64,000 bases of DNA from Thermodesulfobacteriota bacterium. Its GTDB lineage: Bacteria; Desulfobacterota_D; UBA1144; Nemesobacterales; Nemesobacteraceae. Positions 1 through 9,471 of this stretch are shown here, piece by piece (positions within the stretch are counted from its first letter, which is position 1; each line of letters opens with the position of its first letter). The stretch covers positions 416,001 through 480,000 of the forward strand of contig OZ241855.1 in assembly GCA_965202785.1 (NCBI GenBank). Direction: 5' to 3'. The notes below the pieces were generated by a model. That model ran no database searches, was not told the origin of the DNA, and worked only from the letters and a program-made list of their open reading frames with translations. Made by a program: the position numbers and the translations under genes.

Positions 1-755
1 ATGCTATCTATTCTCGTATCAACGCTGTCCCGGACGCCGGATTCTCTCCTCACGCTAGTGAAAATGGCAAGACGTCCGCGCGTCGGCCACATCCCGAGAA
101 ACTTCCCCTTCCCCCAGTACTCTATGATCCCTTCGCTTTTGCAGAAGTCCGGGTTGACCCAGAAGCCCCACCCGGACATGCCACTGTAGCGAAGCGGTAT
201 GTCGCCGAAGATCTCCTTCCGAACTCTTGACCTTATCCCGTCACATCCTATAACGAGATCGTAGGTTCCCGTGCTTCCGTCGCTGAATACCGTCTCGACT
301 CCATCCCCGGTGTCCGCAAGGGAAACAACCGTGGTGTCCATCCTGATCGAATCATCGCCTACAGCACTCAGAAGTATGTCTATCAGATCAGGGCGGTAAA
401 TGCTTATTATGGGGCCGTACTTCTCAACCACGGAATCAATCGTGTAGCTGTTTATAACCTTGCCCCTGTAGTTGGAAATGTTGTAATCGGTAAAAGCGCA
501 GCCTCGCTCCCTGAGCAGTTCGTAAAGGCCGAGCCCCTTGAGTATCCTGCTGCCCGAGGGCCAGACCACTATCACGTACCCCACATCCCCGAACCTTGGA
601 GCCCTCTCTACAAGGGTAGGACGGAAGCCCCGCTGCTCGAGAAGCCCGCAGAGCGTAAGTCCGGCAACGCCAGCGCCGACGATAAGAACGCTCATGCCGG
701 GACCGTAACGGACACTGCCGTTTGAGGGCATGGGTGCGTTCTCAGCCCGGTTCAT
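1..755 (-). CDS. FAD-dependent monooxygenase/oxidoreductase (FAD_binding_3 family), 3' end runs off window
   Basis: Not in the ORF track. Manual translation from ATG 755 gives MNRAENAP...MSVLIVGAGVAGLTLCGLLEQRGFRPTLVERAP (GxGxxG Rossmann motif) and later DLVIGCDGIRSRVR (DG motif). The frame is open to position 1. Confidence 0.85.
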   Translation of the reverse strand, partial: MNRAENAPMPSNGSVRYGPGMSVLIVGAGVAGLTLCGLLEQRGFRPTLVERAPRFGDVGYVIVVWPSGSRILKGLGLYELLRERGCAFTDYNISNYRGKVINSYTIDSVVEKYGPIISIYRPDLIDILLSAVGDDSIRMDTTVVSLADTGDGVETVFSDGSTGTYDLVIGCDGIRSRVRKEIFGDIPLRYSGMSGWGFWVNPDFCKSEGIIEYWGKGKFLGMWPTRGRLAIFTSVRRESGVRDSVDTRIDS

Positions 756-813
756 GGTTCTCTCCGCTTTATCCTTAAAATCCAAAAAAGACCGCCTTCA
801 TACTACAGACAGA

Positions 814-2313
814 TTATAAACTATTTTCGAAAGACTGCTTAATGCGGTTTTTGATTACCTTTTCCGTTGAGTTTCTCGGAAGCGAGGAAAGCAGCAGAAG
901 CCGGGTCGGAAGCTTGTACCGGGCAAGCTTGCCGGAGGCCCAGTCGCGAAGCTCCTCAAGGTCAATCGAGAGACCTTCCCTTAAAACGAGCGCCGCCCCC
1001 ACCCTCTCTCCCCAACTCGGATCGACGACCCCTACAACCGCGCACTCTTCGACAAGAGGATGCTCCCTAAGCACCTCCTCGATTTCAAGGGCGGATATCT
1101 TGTATCCACCCGACTTTATTATGTCCACGGATTCTCGCCCGAGTATCCTGCAGGAGCCTCCGCGTTCCAACAATGCGATGTCTCCGGTTTTGAACCATCC
1201 GTCGCAAAAGGCACTTTCCGTCTCCCGCGGTTTTCCCCAGTATTCGAGAAACACGCCTTTTCCCCTTACCCTGATCTCCCCCTGCTCTCCAACGCCCAGC
1301 AACCCACCGTTCTCGTCGAAAATTCCCACCTCGACTCCAGGCATTGCGAACCCCACGCGTCCCGGCAGTCTTTCACCCCTGTAAGGATTCGAAAGGGCCA
1401 TTCCTATCTCGGTCATTCCGTATCTCTCAAGAAGCACTTGCCCGCTTATCTCTTTCCATTTTTCAAGAACGGACACTGGAAGAGCCGCAGAGCCGGAAAC
1501 CATGAGACGAAAGCCAAGAAGACAATCTCTCATGCGTCTCCTCTCCGCAACCGAAAAATCATCCCAGATGTCTATAAGCTTGGAGTAAACAGTGGGAACA
1601 GCCATAAACAGGGTCAGGTCTTTTTTCTTAAACCTCTTCCATGCTTCCCGGGGGTTGAACCCGTCCATCATCACGCATCTGGCGCCGGACCAAAGGGAGC
1701 AGAGAACGACGTTCAGTATTCCATGGAGATGATGAAGGGGCAGGATGTTGAGTATCGAATCTTCAGAGGTCCACTCCCACGCCTCCGTCATGCTGTTTAT
1801 CTGGGCTTTTATGCCGAGATGAGTCGAGACCACTCCCTTGGGTCTAGAGGTAGTGCCGCTTGTGTATATGATCATCGCTTTTCTCTCTTCGGAAATGCCG
1901 GGAAGTTCTCCGCGGACGGGCTGCAGAATATCCGGAAGTTCCCGCAGTCGCACTTCGGCACCAAAGCTCGCTCCCTCGAGCTTACGCGCAAGGTCCGGAT
2001 GAAAAACCACAGTCTCCGCGCCGGAGTCCCCCACGACGTATTCTATTTCTCTTGGCGAATGGGCAAGACCCAAGGGAACGGACACCCCTCCCGCCATCCA
2101 TAGGCCGAGCTTAAGGGCTACGTACTCGAATCCAGGGGGAACAATAAAGGCAACCCTTTTCTCCTCAAGATCTCTTTTGTCCCCAAGAAGGTTAAGGGCC
2201 GCAAAACGCGAAACGCGAAGCAAGTCGGCGTAAGTGAAACTCCCCGTCCAGTCTTCAACCGCGGTCTTTTCTCCGAACCCTGCTGCCCTTTGTATAAGTT
2301 CAATTTCCGCCAC
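814..2313 (-). CDS. Acyl-CoA synthetase (AMP-forming), MatB/ACSF3 malonyl-CoA synthetase-like
   Basis: YTSGTTSRPKG P-loop, ERYGMTE (typical of MatB/ACSF3), FKTGD, IKSGGYKISALEIE and the C-terminal catalytic Lys. GTG start. Confidence 0.85.
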   Translation of the reverse strand: MAEIELIQRAAGFGEKTAVEDWTGSFTYADLLRVSRFAALNLLGDKRDLEEKRVAFIVPPGFEYVALKLGLWMAGGVSVPLGLAHSPREIEYVVGDSGAETVVFHPDLARKLEGASFGAEVRLRELPDILQPVRGELPGISEERKAMIIYTSGTTSRPKGVVSTHLGIKAQINSMTEAWEWTSEDSILNILPLHHLHGILNVVLCSLWSGARCVMMDGFNPREAWKRFKKKDLTLFMAVPTVYSKLIDIWDDFSVAERRRMRDCLLGFRLMVSGSAALPVSVLEKWKEISGQVLLERYGMTEIGMALSNPYRGERLPGRVGFAMPGVEVGIFDENGGLLGVGEQGEIRVRGKGVFLEYWGKPRETESAFCDGWFKTGDIALLERGGSCRILGRESVDIIKSGGYKISALEIEEVLREHPLVEECAVVGVVDPSWGERVGAALVLREGLSIDLEELRDWASGKLARYKLPTRLLLLSSLPRNSTEKVIKNRIKQSFENSL

Positions 2314-2414
2314 GAAGCCTTCTTTAACCTCCCGGTTTTTTGTTTATAATAATAAGACCTTAAGCACCGGCCCGCAATCCTCTGTAGGCGGGCTGTTTTC
2401 AGTCAGTTACAGCC

Positions 2415-2963
2415 ATGGCGCAGCAACGTGAAATCACCGAACTTGGAAACCCCGTGCTTAGGCAGAGAGCCGAAAGCGTCGAGAACATAAGCAATCCGAA
2501 AATCCAGGAGCTGATTGACGACTTGATCCTGACGGCCGCCGAAGCAAGCGGAGTCGGAATCGCTGCTCCCCAGGTATCCGAGTCTCTTCGGATCTTCATA
2601 ATCGCCGGAACTGCGAGTTCACGGTATCCCGATGCCCCTGAAACGGAAGTCAGAGTGATAATCAACCCTGAAATAGTTTCAGTGTCCGACGAGCTGGAAA
2701 AAGGCTGGGAAGGATGTCTCAGCATTCCGGGGCTCCGGGCGCTTGTGCCGAGACATAAATACATCCGGGCGACATACAGGGACAGGAACAACAATCTCGT
2801 CGAAGAAGATTTCTTGGATTTCGCGGCGAGGGTGTTCCAGCACGAATACGATCACATAAACGGAGTGGTATTTCTTGACAGGGTCGAGAGTTCGCTGGAG
2901 ATAATCACGGAAAACGAATACATGAAACTTGTTGCCGAATCCAATTCCGAGGAGGAGGAATAA
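2415..2963 (+). CDS. def: Peptide deformylase
   Basis: GVGIAAPQ, EGCLSIP and QHEYDHING motifs. Confidence 0.97.
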   Translation: MAQQREITELGNPVLRQRAESVENISNPKIQELIDDLILTAAEASGVGIAAPQVSESLRIFIIAGTASSRYPDAPETEVRVIINPEIVSVSDELEKGWEGCLSIPGLRALVPRHKYIRATYRDRNNNLVEEDFLDFAARVFQHEYDHINGVVFLDRVESSLEIITENEYMKLVAESNSEEEE

Positions 2964-3005
2964 AACTGTCCGCGGGAGCGGAAAAACCAAATTAAGGAGA
3001 AATTC

Positions 3006-4316
3006 ATGAGCGAATACCCAGAAGGTCTTGATCACGCCATAGACCACGGTTTCTATGACGCCGTTTTCCAGAGAAGGTCCCGTCGCTTCGGCCTCGGAAT
3101 GGAGATCGAAAGGGGACCCCTGCAGTACAAATCCAAGCACGACCCGGTTCCCTTGTCAGAACTTGAGGAAGCCATACTGGTGTGGACGGGCCTCGGCATA
3201 AAGAACATAAACCTCTCTGATTTTCCCCCTCATGTGGGTCTTGACCTTGAGATGCAGTTTACGAGCAAGACTATCCCTGCCCTAGGAGACGTGCACAGAA
3301 CAGAGCTTTTCTATACGAATGATGAGGGGCTCTACATGATAAAGATGCATGATCGGCGCGCCGAGGATTTTGAGGGTCTCGAGAAAATGACTCGCCACCA
3401 GAGAGTGGACCGGATACTTGAACTGTTCCGCGAATCCAAGATCAAGCTTTCTGACGGAAGGGCGGACCTGCCCTCAAAGCCTCCGGGAATCGCCGCTCAC
3501 AATCTCTGGAACGTGAACAAGCCCGGAACGACGGTGTTCATGCCGGTAACCGATCTTTCGGCATGCATAATCAATCTCTACTTCTTCTACATGAGGCCAG
3601 ACCATAGGTTTAACTTCGTCGATGAGCTCCACAGCCTGAGACCGCCCGGAACCGCGCACTGGCTTGAGCAAGGTTTTCTTGACAAGTCGAAAAGAATGCC
3701 ACTTGTCGAAGCGGAACTTCGCTTTGCCAACGGTTACATTGCGGAACAGGCCTTTATGGGACAGAACATGGTCCTGGCGCTTCAGACAATGGGTCTCGGA
3801 GGATGGCTTTTCAGCGGATTCGCAAGCATGTTCATGCTCGGGGGAACCCCTTTTCACAGGGGACTGGGTTTTCGGTTCGCGACTCCGAAGATACAGGGCG
3901 ACACGGGAAACCCGAACCCAGTCGCCGTAGGCCGAGATAATCTGTTCCAAGCGTTCTGCCCGCCTTACTACAAGGACATGGGAGAAGCTGTAGAAGCGTT
4001 TAACGACATGAAATGGACAAACTGGGAATCGCACAAGCTTCCCTACAAGGACCCGACAGGTGTGCTTGCGGAGGTTGAAAGACCCAGCAAAGACGAAATT
4101 CAGGTTGTAAAAGATATATGCAACTACGTTTACGATACATACGGAAGGTTCCCGGCTTTCTCTGATCCCATGTTCCTTCGGTTCATGGTGCAGGCCCATC
4201 ATCTGGACCTGGATTTCTATGATAAGTACTACCCGCCCGGAGCTTATACGGAAGCGCACAAGAACCATTTCTCGCGCTGGCATCCCGATATTCCCGATCC
4301 GTTCTCGGACAGATGA
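3006..4316 (+). CDS. Hypothetical protein, nitroreductase/SagB-like FMN-binding fold
   Basis: 436 aa with a strong RBS (AAGGAG). RRSRRF...PLSELEEAILVW and QNMVLALQTMGLGGW resemble nitroreductase-superfamily motifs. Confidence 0.6.
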   Translation: MSEYPEGLDHAIDHGFYDAVFQRRSRRFGLGMEIERGPLQYKSKHDPVPLSELEEAILVWTGLGIKNINLSDFPPHVGLDLEMQFTSKTIPALGDVHRTELFYTNDEGLYMIKMHDRRAEDFEGLEKMTRHQRVDRILELFRESKIKLSDGRADLPSKPPGIAAHNLWNVNKPGTTVFMPVTDLSACIINLYFFYMRPDHRFNFVDELHSLRPPGTAHWLEQGFLDKSKRMPLVEAELRFANGYIAEQAFMGQNMVLALQTMGLGGWLFSGFASMFMLGGTPFHRGLGFRFATPKIQGDTGNPNPVAVGRDNLFQAFCPPYYKDMGEAVEAFNDMKWTNWESHKLPYKDPTGVLAEVERPSKDEIQVVKDICNYVYDTYGRFPAFSDPMFLRFMVQAHHLDLDFYDKYYPPGAYTEAHKNHFSRWHPDIPDPFSDR

Positions 4317-4365
4317 GAAGTTGTGCCATCATTGACCTTTTCTCTCTCGGGAGAAACCGCGCAGG

Positions 4366-4590
4366 TTAATCCCGCTTTCTGCCGAAAATGCACCTGAACG
4401 GTTGCTTTACGAGAAATAGAACGACCTGAAGGTTGAGTAATACCCCCGCGAAACTCAGAAGGTCGGAGGGCTTCATGTAGATTTGCGAATCCCAAACCCC
4501 CATCTGCCCGCTTATCACTATGAAGTCGCCCTCAACGGACGATTCCTTCACCGTTATCTCAAAATCCCCGGCTGGGCTGGTTACTTTCAT
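4366..4590 (-). CDS. Small hypothetical protein (74 aa)
   Basis: GGAGAG RBS, own TATAAT (4629-4634, minus strand), and it fills an otherwise empty gap. Hydrophobic C-terminal segment. Confidence 0.65.
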   Translation of the reverse strand: MKVTSPAGDFEITVKESSVEGDFIVISGQMGVWDSQIYMKPSDLLSFAGVLLNLQVVLFLVKQPFRCIFGRKRD

Positions 4591-4643
4591 TAAAACTCTC
4601 CCGTAACAGATTAAAAACCTCTGGGTTCATTATACCGGAATCC

Positions 4644-5501
4644 TCACGCGGGAATCGAAAGGGCCTCCCTCATCACCTCAACCGGGGCGTCTTCGCCTGT
4701 CCAGATCTCAAAAGCGTCAACTCCCTGGTAAAGGAGCATGCCGAGTCCGGATTCCACCTTGAGCCCCAGGGCCCTGGAGTCCCTTACAAGCGGAGTAACA
4801 GGAGGCTTATAGACAAGATCGTAGACCACGCAGTTCTCACCGAGCACATCAAGCGGAAGGCAAAGAGGTTCAATATCGCCCATTCCTGCAGAAGAGCAGT
4901 TAATCACGATGTCGGCCCGCTCCATCATCTGTGCTATCCGCTCTTCGTCCTCAAGCGGTGCCGCGGAGAATCCAACGTCTCCAAAACGCGCGGAGAATTC
5001 TTCTGAAAGTTCCCGCGCTTTTGTGTATGTTCTGTTCACAATCGCGACACTGCTGGCGCCGCCTGTACACATCGCCACTATTACCGCCCTTGAAGCTCCC
5101 CCAGCTCCCACGATAAAAGCATTCTTGTCCTGCGGGAAGAACTCGAGTTCAGAATGAAGAGCTCTCAGCACTCCTGAGACATCCGTGTTGTAACCCTTGA
5201 GCCTGCCGTTTTCGTTAACTATGGTGTTTACCGCTCCGACCATGGAAGCCTCTGGAGCAATCTCGTCCAGACCTGCCATAACGGACTGCTTATGCGGAAT
5301 GGTGACGTTAACTCCGCAGAGACCGAGGTTTCTTATCGAACTCACGGCCCTGTCTATGTTCCGGGGATCTACATCAAAAGCCAGATAAACGCAGTCAAGC
5401 CCCAGATGCGCGAACGCCGCGTTATGCATGGCGGGAGACAGACTCTGGGATACCGGATGACCGAAAATGCCGTATATCTGCGTTGTGGCTCTTATTTCCA
5501 A
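4644..5501 (-). CDS. aroE: Shikimate dehydrogenase
   Basis: SLSPAMHN, NVTIPHK, AVNT, GYNTD, GAGGA, DLVY and GMLLYQG motifs. Confidence 0.96.
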   Translation of the reverse strand: MEIRATTQIYGIFGHPVSQSLSPAMHNAAFAHLGLDCVYLAFDVDPRNIDRAVSSIRNLGLCGVNVTIPHKQSVMAGLDEIAPEASMVGAVNTIVNENGRLKGYNTDVSGVLRALHSELEFFPQDKNAFIVGAGGASRAVIVAMCTGGASSVAIVNRTYTKARELSEEFSARFGDVGFSAAPLEDEERIAQMMERADIVINCSSAGMGDIEPLCLPLDVLGENCVVYDLVYKPPVTPLVRDSRALGLKVESGLGMLLYQGVDAFEIWTGEDAPVEVMREALSIPA

Positions 5502-6433
5502 ATCCGCTCGTCCTTCGGGTAATCGCGAAGAATTCCCCGCACCGCCGCAACGTCCTGTTCGATCTGCGCTACAAGCTCATCCACGCTCGCAAAACGCTTC
5601 TCGTCCCTCAGTCTCTCGACGAAACTGACTCCGATTTTCTTTCCGTAAAGATCGTTATTGAAATCAAAAAGGTGGGTCTCGACCGTGAGCTTGCTCTCCT
5701 CGAACGTGGGGCGGATCCCTATGTTGGTAATGCTCTCGTGGAAGCCGTCGGGGAGCCTGACGTAGGTGGCGTAAACCCCCGGCTTGGGAAGAATCTCCCA
5801 CTCGGTATCAAGGTTAACCGTAGGAAAACCCAGTTTCCTGCCTCTTCTCTCGCCTTCCACTACTACGCCCTCTATGTAGTAATCGTAACCGAAAAACCGG
5901 TTTGCCTCGCTGATTTCTCCGTCTCTTACAAGGTTCCTTATAGCGCTGCTGCTTACCACCTGATCATCCACCCGAGCCACTTCGGCAACTACCGTATTAA
6001 AGCCGTGAGTTTCTCCCATAGACCGCAGAAGATCGACGTTTCCCTTTCTTTTGTGTCCGAAAGAAAATCCCGGACCCACGACTATGTCCTTTATCTTCAG
6101 GCGATCAAGGAGGATGTCCTTTATGAAATTCTCCGCGCTTACCTTTGACAGTTCACGGGTGAAGTTAAGGCAGACAACTGCATCAATCCCAGTAGCCTTA
6201 AGCATCTCGAACCTCCTCTCCAGCGGGAAGATGAGCGAAAGATCCTTTCTGCCGAGAACTTTCTGCGGATGGGGATTGAATGTAATTACGCAGGAACGCG
6301 TGGAATTTTCCCGTGAGCGGCGTTTCGCAGTCTCTATTATCTCTTTGTGTCCGAGATGAATGCCGTCAAAATTTCCAATGCCCGCCGAGGTCTCGAAATC
6401 CAGAGGCTGCTTGGGATCAAAAAGAATCTTCAT
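5492..6433 (-). CDS. ribF: Bifunctional riboflavin kinase/FAD synthetase
   Basis: GNFDGIHLGH, VSSSAIR, GRKLGFPTVN, GIRPTF and ETHLFDF motifs. Confidence 0.97.
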   Translation of the reverse strand: MKILFDPKQPLDFETSAGIGNFDGIHLGHKEIIETAKRRSRENSTRSCVITFNPHPQKVLGRKDLSLIFPLERRFEMLKATGIDAVVCLNFTRELSKVSAENFIKDILLDRLKIKDIVVGPGFSFGHKRKGNVDLLRSMGETHGFNTVVAEVARVDDQVVSSSAIRNLVRDGEISEANRFFGYDYYIEGVVVEGERRGRKLGFPTVNLDTEWEILPKPGVYATYVRLPDGFHESITNIGIRPTFEESKLTVETHLFDFNNDLYGKKIGVSFVERLRDEKRFASVDELVAQIEQDVAAVRGILRDYPKDERIWK

Positions 6434-6455
6434 GTTTTCCGAAAACCGATACCGT

Positions 6456-6482
6456 AAAAAACAAATACCCGCCGGAGGCGGG
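6456..6482 (-). terminator. Intrinsic terminator-like hairpin upstream of ribF
   Basis: Minus strand reads CCCGCC-TCC-GGCGGG followed by TATTTGTTTTTT. Confidence 0.5.
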
Positions 6483-6676
6483 GAAGGAAAGAATGCAGTA
6501 CTAGCATCTAATGCTTACTAGATTACATTCAGTTTTGCCAATTTTCAAAAGGAATTTGTCTATTCTTGACTTAATTTAGAGCTGAATGAAAGAATTTCTT
6601 CTCGGTTAATAAAAACATTATCTTTGTATGGTTCCTAGTTGAGAAACTAACCTGTTAAGCTGACTGATAACTTCCT

Positions 6677-8134
6677 CTACCTCTTCCAGAAAGACGGCAT
6701 GAAAAGCACCAGAACCGTGTAGAGTTCGAGCCTCCCTATGATCATGGCCAGCGACAGAATGATTTTCGTTGGCGAACCCAGATGGGAATAATGGCTGGCA
6801 GGACCGACCTCGTCAAAAGCGGGTCCGACGTTGGTTATGGAAGCGACCGCGGCCGAGACGGCGGATTCCAGAGATATGTCTTCAAGCATAAGAACCACGA
6901 AAGCAATGAAGCCGCAAAGGAAAATGTAAAGGATGAAGAAGCTCGTTATGCTTGCTACCGCCTTCTCGTTTATGGCCTTTTCCTCTATGGTTATGGGAGA
7001 AACCACGTTCGGATAAACGAGTCTCCGTATCTCCCTGTGAGCTTTTTTGAAAAGTACCATGATTCGGAGCGCCTTTACCGACCCTGAAGTCGACCCCGCG
7101 CACGCGCCGAAAAACATCAGCATGAAAATCACCCATTTTACGAAAGCCGGCCACGCGTCAAAATCCGTGGTGGTAAATCCGGTTGTGGTGATAATTGAAA
7201 CCACCTGAAAAGAAGCGTAGCGCAGGGACTCGGAGAAGGTTCCGTAAACACCGGTCTGGATGAGTTCCAGAGTGATAAACATCGTCGCGGCAATGACGAA
7301 AAAGAGATAGAACCGAAACTCGGAGTTTCTGAAAAGTCTCCCGGGCCTCCCGGTAAAAAAGTAAAAATGAAGCACAAAGCTAGTTCCGCCGAGGAACATA
7401 AAAAGCGTAATCAGCCCCTGTATGTAGCCACTGTCATAAGCCCCTATGCTTGCATCTCTGCAGGAGAAACCCCCGGTTGAGAGGGTGCTGAAAGAATGCG
7501 TCAGGGCATCAAAAAAACTCATTCCGCCGAAAATGAGAAGTACCGTCAACACGGCCGTAAGGCCAATATATACAATCCAGAGCTTCTTGGCCGTCTCGGC
7601 TATTTTAGGAGCGAACTTCTCCGTCGTCGGTCCCGTGGTCTCAAGCCCCATTAACTGCGCCCCGCCGACAAAAAGCCTGGGGAAAATCGCGATTCCCAGA
7701 ACTATTATTCCCATGCCGCCAAGCCACTGAGTAAAGTTCCTCCAGAAAAGAATTCCCTTGGGAAGCCACTCAATGGATGCAAGCGCGGTGGCTCCGGTCG
7801 TAGTAAAACCCGCGGTCGATTCGAAAAGCGCGTCGAGCGGGCTGGCGAACACCCCGTAAACATAATAAGGAATGGCGCCAAAAACGCTTGCAAGCACCCA
7901 GCAAAGCGTCGCAATCAGAAAACCTTCTCTTCTTCGTATCTCAGTCGGAGTTTCGGGAATGCGGCAAATTACCATAAGCGCAAGACCCGCAATTGATGTT
8001 ATAAGCGCTGAGATCAGGAAGGCAGAAAGATCGTCCTCCGGGTAAAAAAGCGTACAGACAGCCGGCACGAGCATCAGCAGCCCGAGATACATCACGAACT
8101 TTCCCGTGACCTGAAAACAGAACCTAACGTTCAC
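6677..8134 (-). CDS. trkH: Trk potassium uptake membrane protein
   Basis: Polytopic protein with selectivity-filter motifs FTTTGAT, LSTGGF, TTTGF and NVGP, plus GSTSGSVK and GRLE. Confidence 0.96.
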   Translation of the reverse strand: MNVRFCFQVTGKFVMYLGLLMLVPAVCTLFYPEDDLSAFLISALITSIAGLALMVICRIPETPTEIRRREGFLIATLCWVLASVFGAIPYYVYGVFASPLDALFESTAGFTTTGATALASIEWLPKGILFWRNFTQWLGGMGIIVLGIAIFPRLFVGGAQLMGLETTGPTTEKFAPKIAETAKKLWIVYIGLTAVLTVLLIFGGMSFFDALTHSFSTLSTGGFSCRDASIGAYDSGYIQGLITLFMFLGGTSFVLHFYFFTGRPGRLFRNSEFRFYLFFVIAATMFITLELIQTGVYGTFSESLRYASFQVVSIITTTGFTTTDFDAWPAFVKWVIFMLMFFGACAGSTSGSVKALRIMVLFKKAHREIRRLVYPNVVSPITIEEKAINEKAVASITSFFILYIFLCGFIAFVVLMLEDISLESAVSAAVASITNVGPAFDEVGPASHYSHLGSPTKIILSLAMIIGRLELYTVLVLFMPSFWKR

Positions 8135-9462
8135 GAAACCAGTATCTCTTCAACCTTTTGCACGGCGGTCGGCAGGGAGAACACTACCAGACGGTCCCCG
8201 ACCTGCGCGACGAAATCCCCACCGGGGAATATCGGTTTCCCGTCCCTTATACAAACTCCTATGACTGAATCGTGCGGCATTTTGCATTCAGAAAGAGGTA
8301 TCCCTAGGATTTTAGTATGTTCGGTTACGTCAAACTCGAGAATCTCTCCCGCTCCCTCGTAAAGAAGCGATATGTTGGCCTCTCCGCCGAGATGAAGAGA
8401 ATTCAGAATGGCGTTTGCCACGGCCATGTTTACGCTTATTGCCCTGTCGATTCCGATCGCCTCGAGCACTCCCACGTAATCGGGATTCGAATAAAGCACA
8501 GTGCATCGATCAATGCCGAGATTTTTCGCGAGAAGTGCGCTGAGAACATTGTTCTCATCGTCGCCGGTAAGCGCAAGCAGGTAATCGCTCTTTTCAACAC
8601 CGGCTTCCTTCAGTATCTCGAGGTCGGTTCCGTCACCTTCAAACACCATAACGCCGATAAGTTCCTCGGCGGCAGCCCTGGCCCTGTCATGATCGCTTTC
8701 AATGAGCCTTACGGAAAGTCCTTTTTCGTGAAGCGCGGAAGCCACCTCGCACCCCACCCTGCCCCCGCCGACTATGATAACGGAATTGACCTTCTGGATT
8801 TTGAGGTTAAAAAGCTTCTTAAGCCTCTCAAGTGCCGAAGGGACCCCGAGAGCAAAGACAAAATCTCCCGGGCGAAGTTCCGTATCTCCCCGCGGAATGG
8901 TTATCCTGTGCTCCCTCTGCAACCCGACGAAAGTCCAGTTCCTCGGGCTGCTGACGAAATTCCTAAGCTTTTGGTTTATTATCGGCACCCCTTCATCCAC
9001 CCGGAGCTTGAGAAGCTCTATCTGTCCGCTCGCGAAAAATTCCACCCTTCCCGCGAAAGGAGCGCTTATAAGTGCGCTTATCTTCTCTGAGATTATGCCG
9101 CTTGAACTTACTACCGAGATGTTCGAATTATCTATGACCCCCGCGTATTCGGCATACTTCGCGTTTTTCACCGCGGCGACGATTTTCTCAACTCCCGAGG
9201 CATGGGCGATAAACGAAGCGAGTATATTCGTTCTGTCATCCCCGGTAACCGCAAGAACTATGTCGGCCTTTTCTATCTCCGCCTGTCTCAGAACGACGGG
9301 ATCGTCTGCGTTCCCCTCAATTGCCAAGACATCCTGAGTCTCCTTGGCCTTGGCTATGAGCTCGGCGTCTTTTTCAATCACCACAACTTCCTGGCTCTTG
9401 AAAAGCTCCTTTGAGAGGAAATTTCCAACCTGCCCCAGACCTATTATCAGAATTCTCCGCAT
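8131..9462 (-). CDS. trkA: Trk potassium uptake NAD-binding subunit
   Basis: Two RCK_N/RCK_C pairs (GLGQVG, GGGRVG). Translationally coupled to trkH. Confidence 0.95.
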   Translation of the reverse strand: MRRILIIGLGQVGNFLSKELFKSQEVVVIEKDAELIAKAKETQDVLAIEGNADDPVVLRQAEIEKADIVLAVTGDDRTNILASFIAHASGVEKIVAAVKNAKYAEYAGVIDNSNISVVSSSGIISEKISALISAPFAGRVEFFASGQIELLKLRVDEGVPIINQKLRNFVSSPRNWTFVGLQREHRITIPRGDTELRPGDFVFALGVPSALERLKKLFNLKIQKVNSVIIVGGGRVGCEVASALHEKGLSVRLIESDHDRARAAAEELIGVMVFEGDGTDLEILKEAGVEKSDYLLALTGDDENNVLSALLAKNLGIDRCTVLYSNPDYVGVLEAIGIDRAISVNMAVANAILNSLHLGGEANISLLYEGAGEILEFDVTEHTKILGIPLSECKMPHDSVIGVCIRDGKPIFPGGDFVAQVGDRLVVFSLPTAVQKVEEILVS

Positions 9463-9471
9463 AGCAGCAAA

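Noticed and set aside
1060-2103. 347-aa antisense ORF, and similar long shadows at 3474-4283, 8317-9090, 18145-19080, 35493-36311 and 59270-60019
   Set aside because: They overlap confident genes on the opposite strand, and their composition is typical of antisense frames.
3006-4590. RiPP (azole) cluster with the 74-aa ORF as precursor
   Set aside because: No YcaO, ThiF or transporter is present. The small ORF is convergent and lacks a Cys/Ser/Thr-rich core.
6434-6676. Canonical FMN riboswitch upstream of ribF
   Set aside because: Only a short CCGGCGG-like stretch is present; the other conserved aptamer segments are absent.
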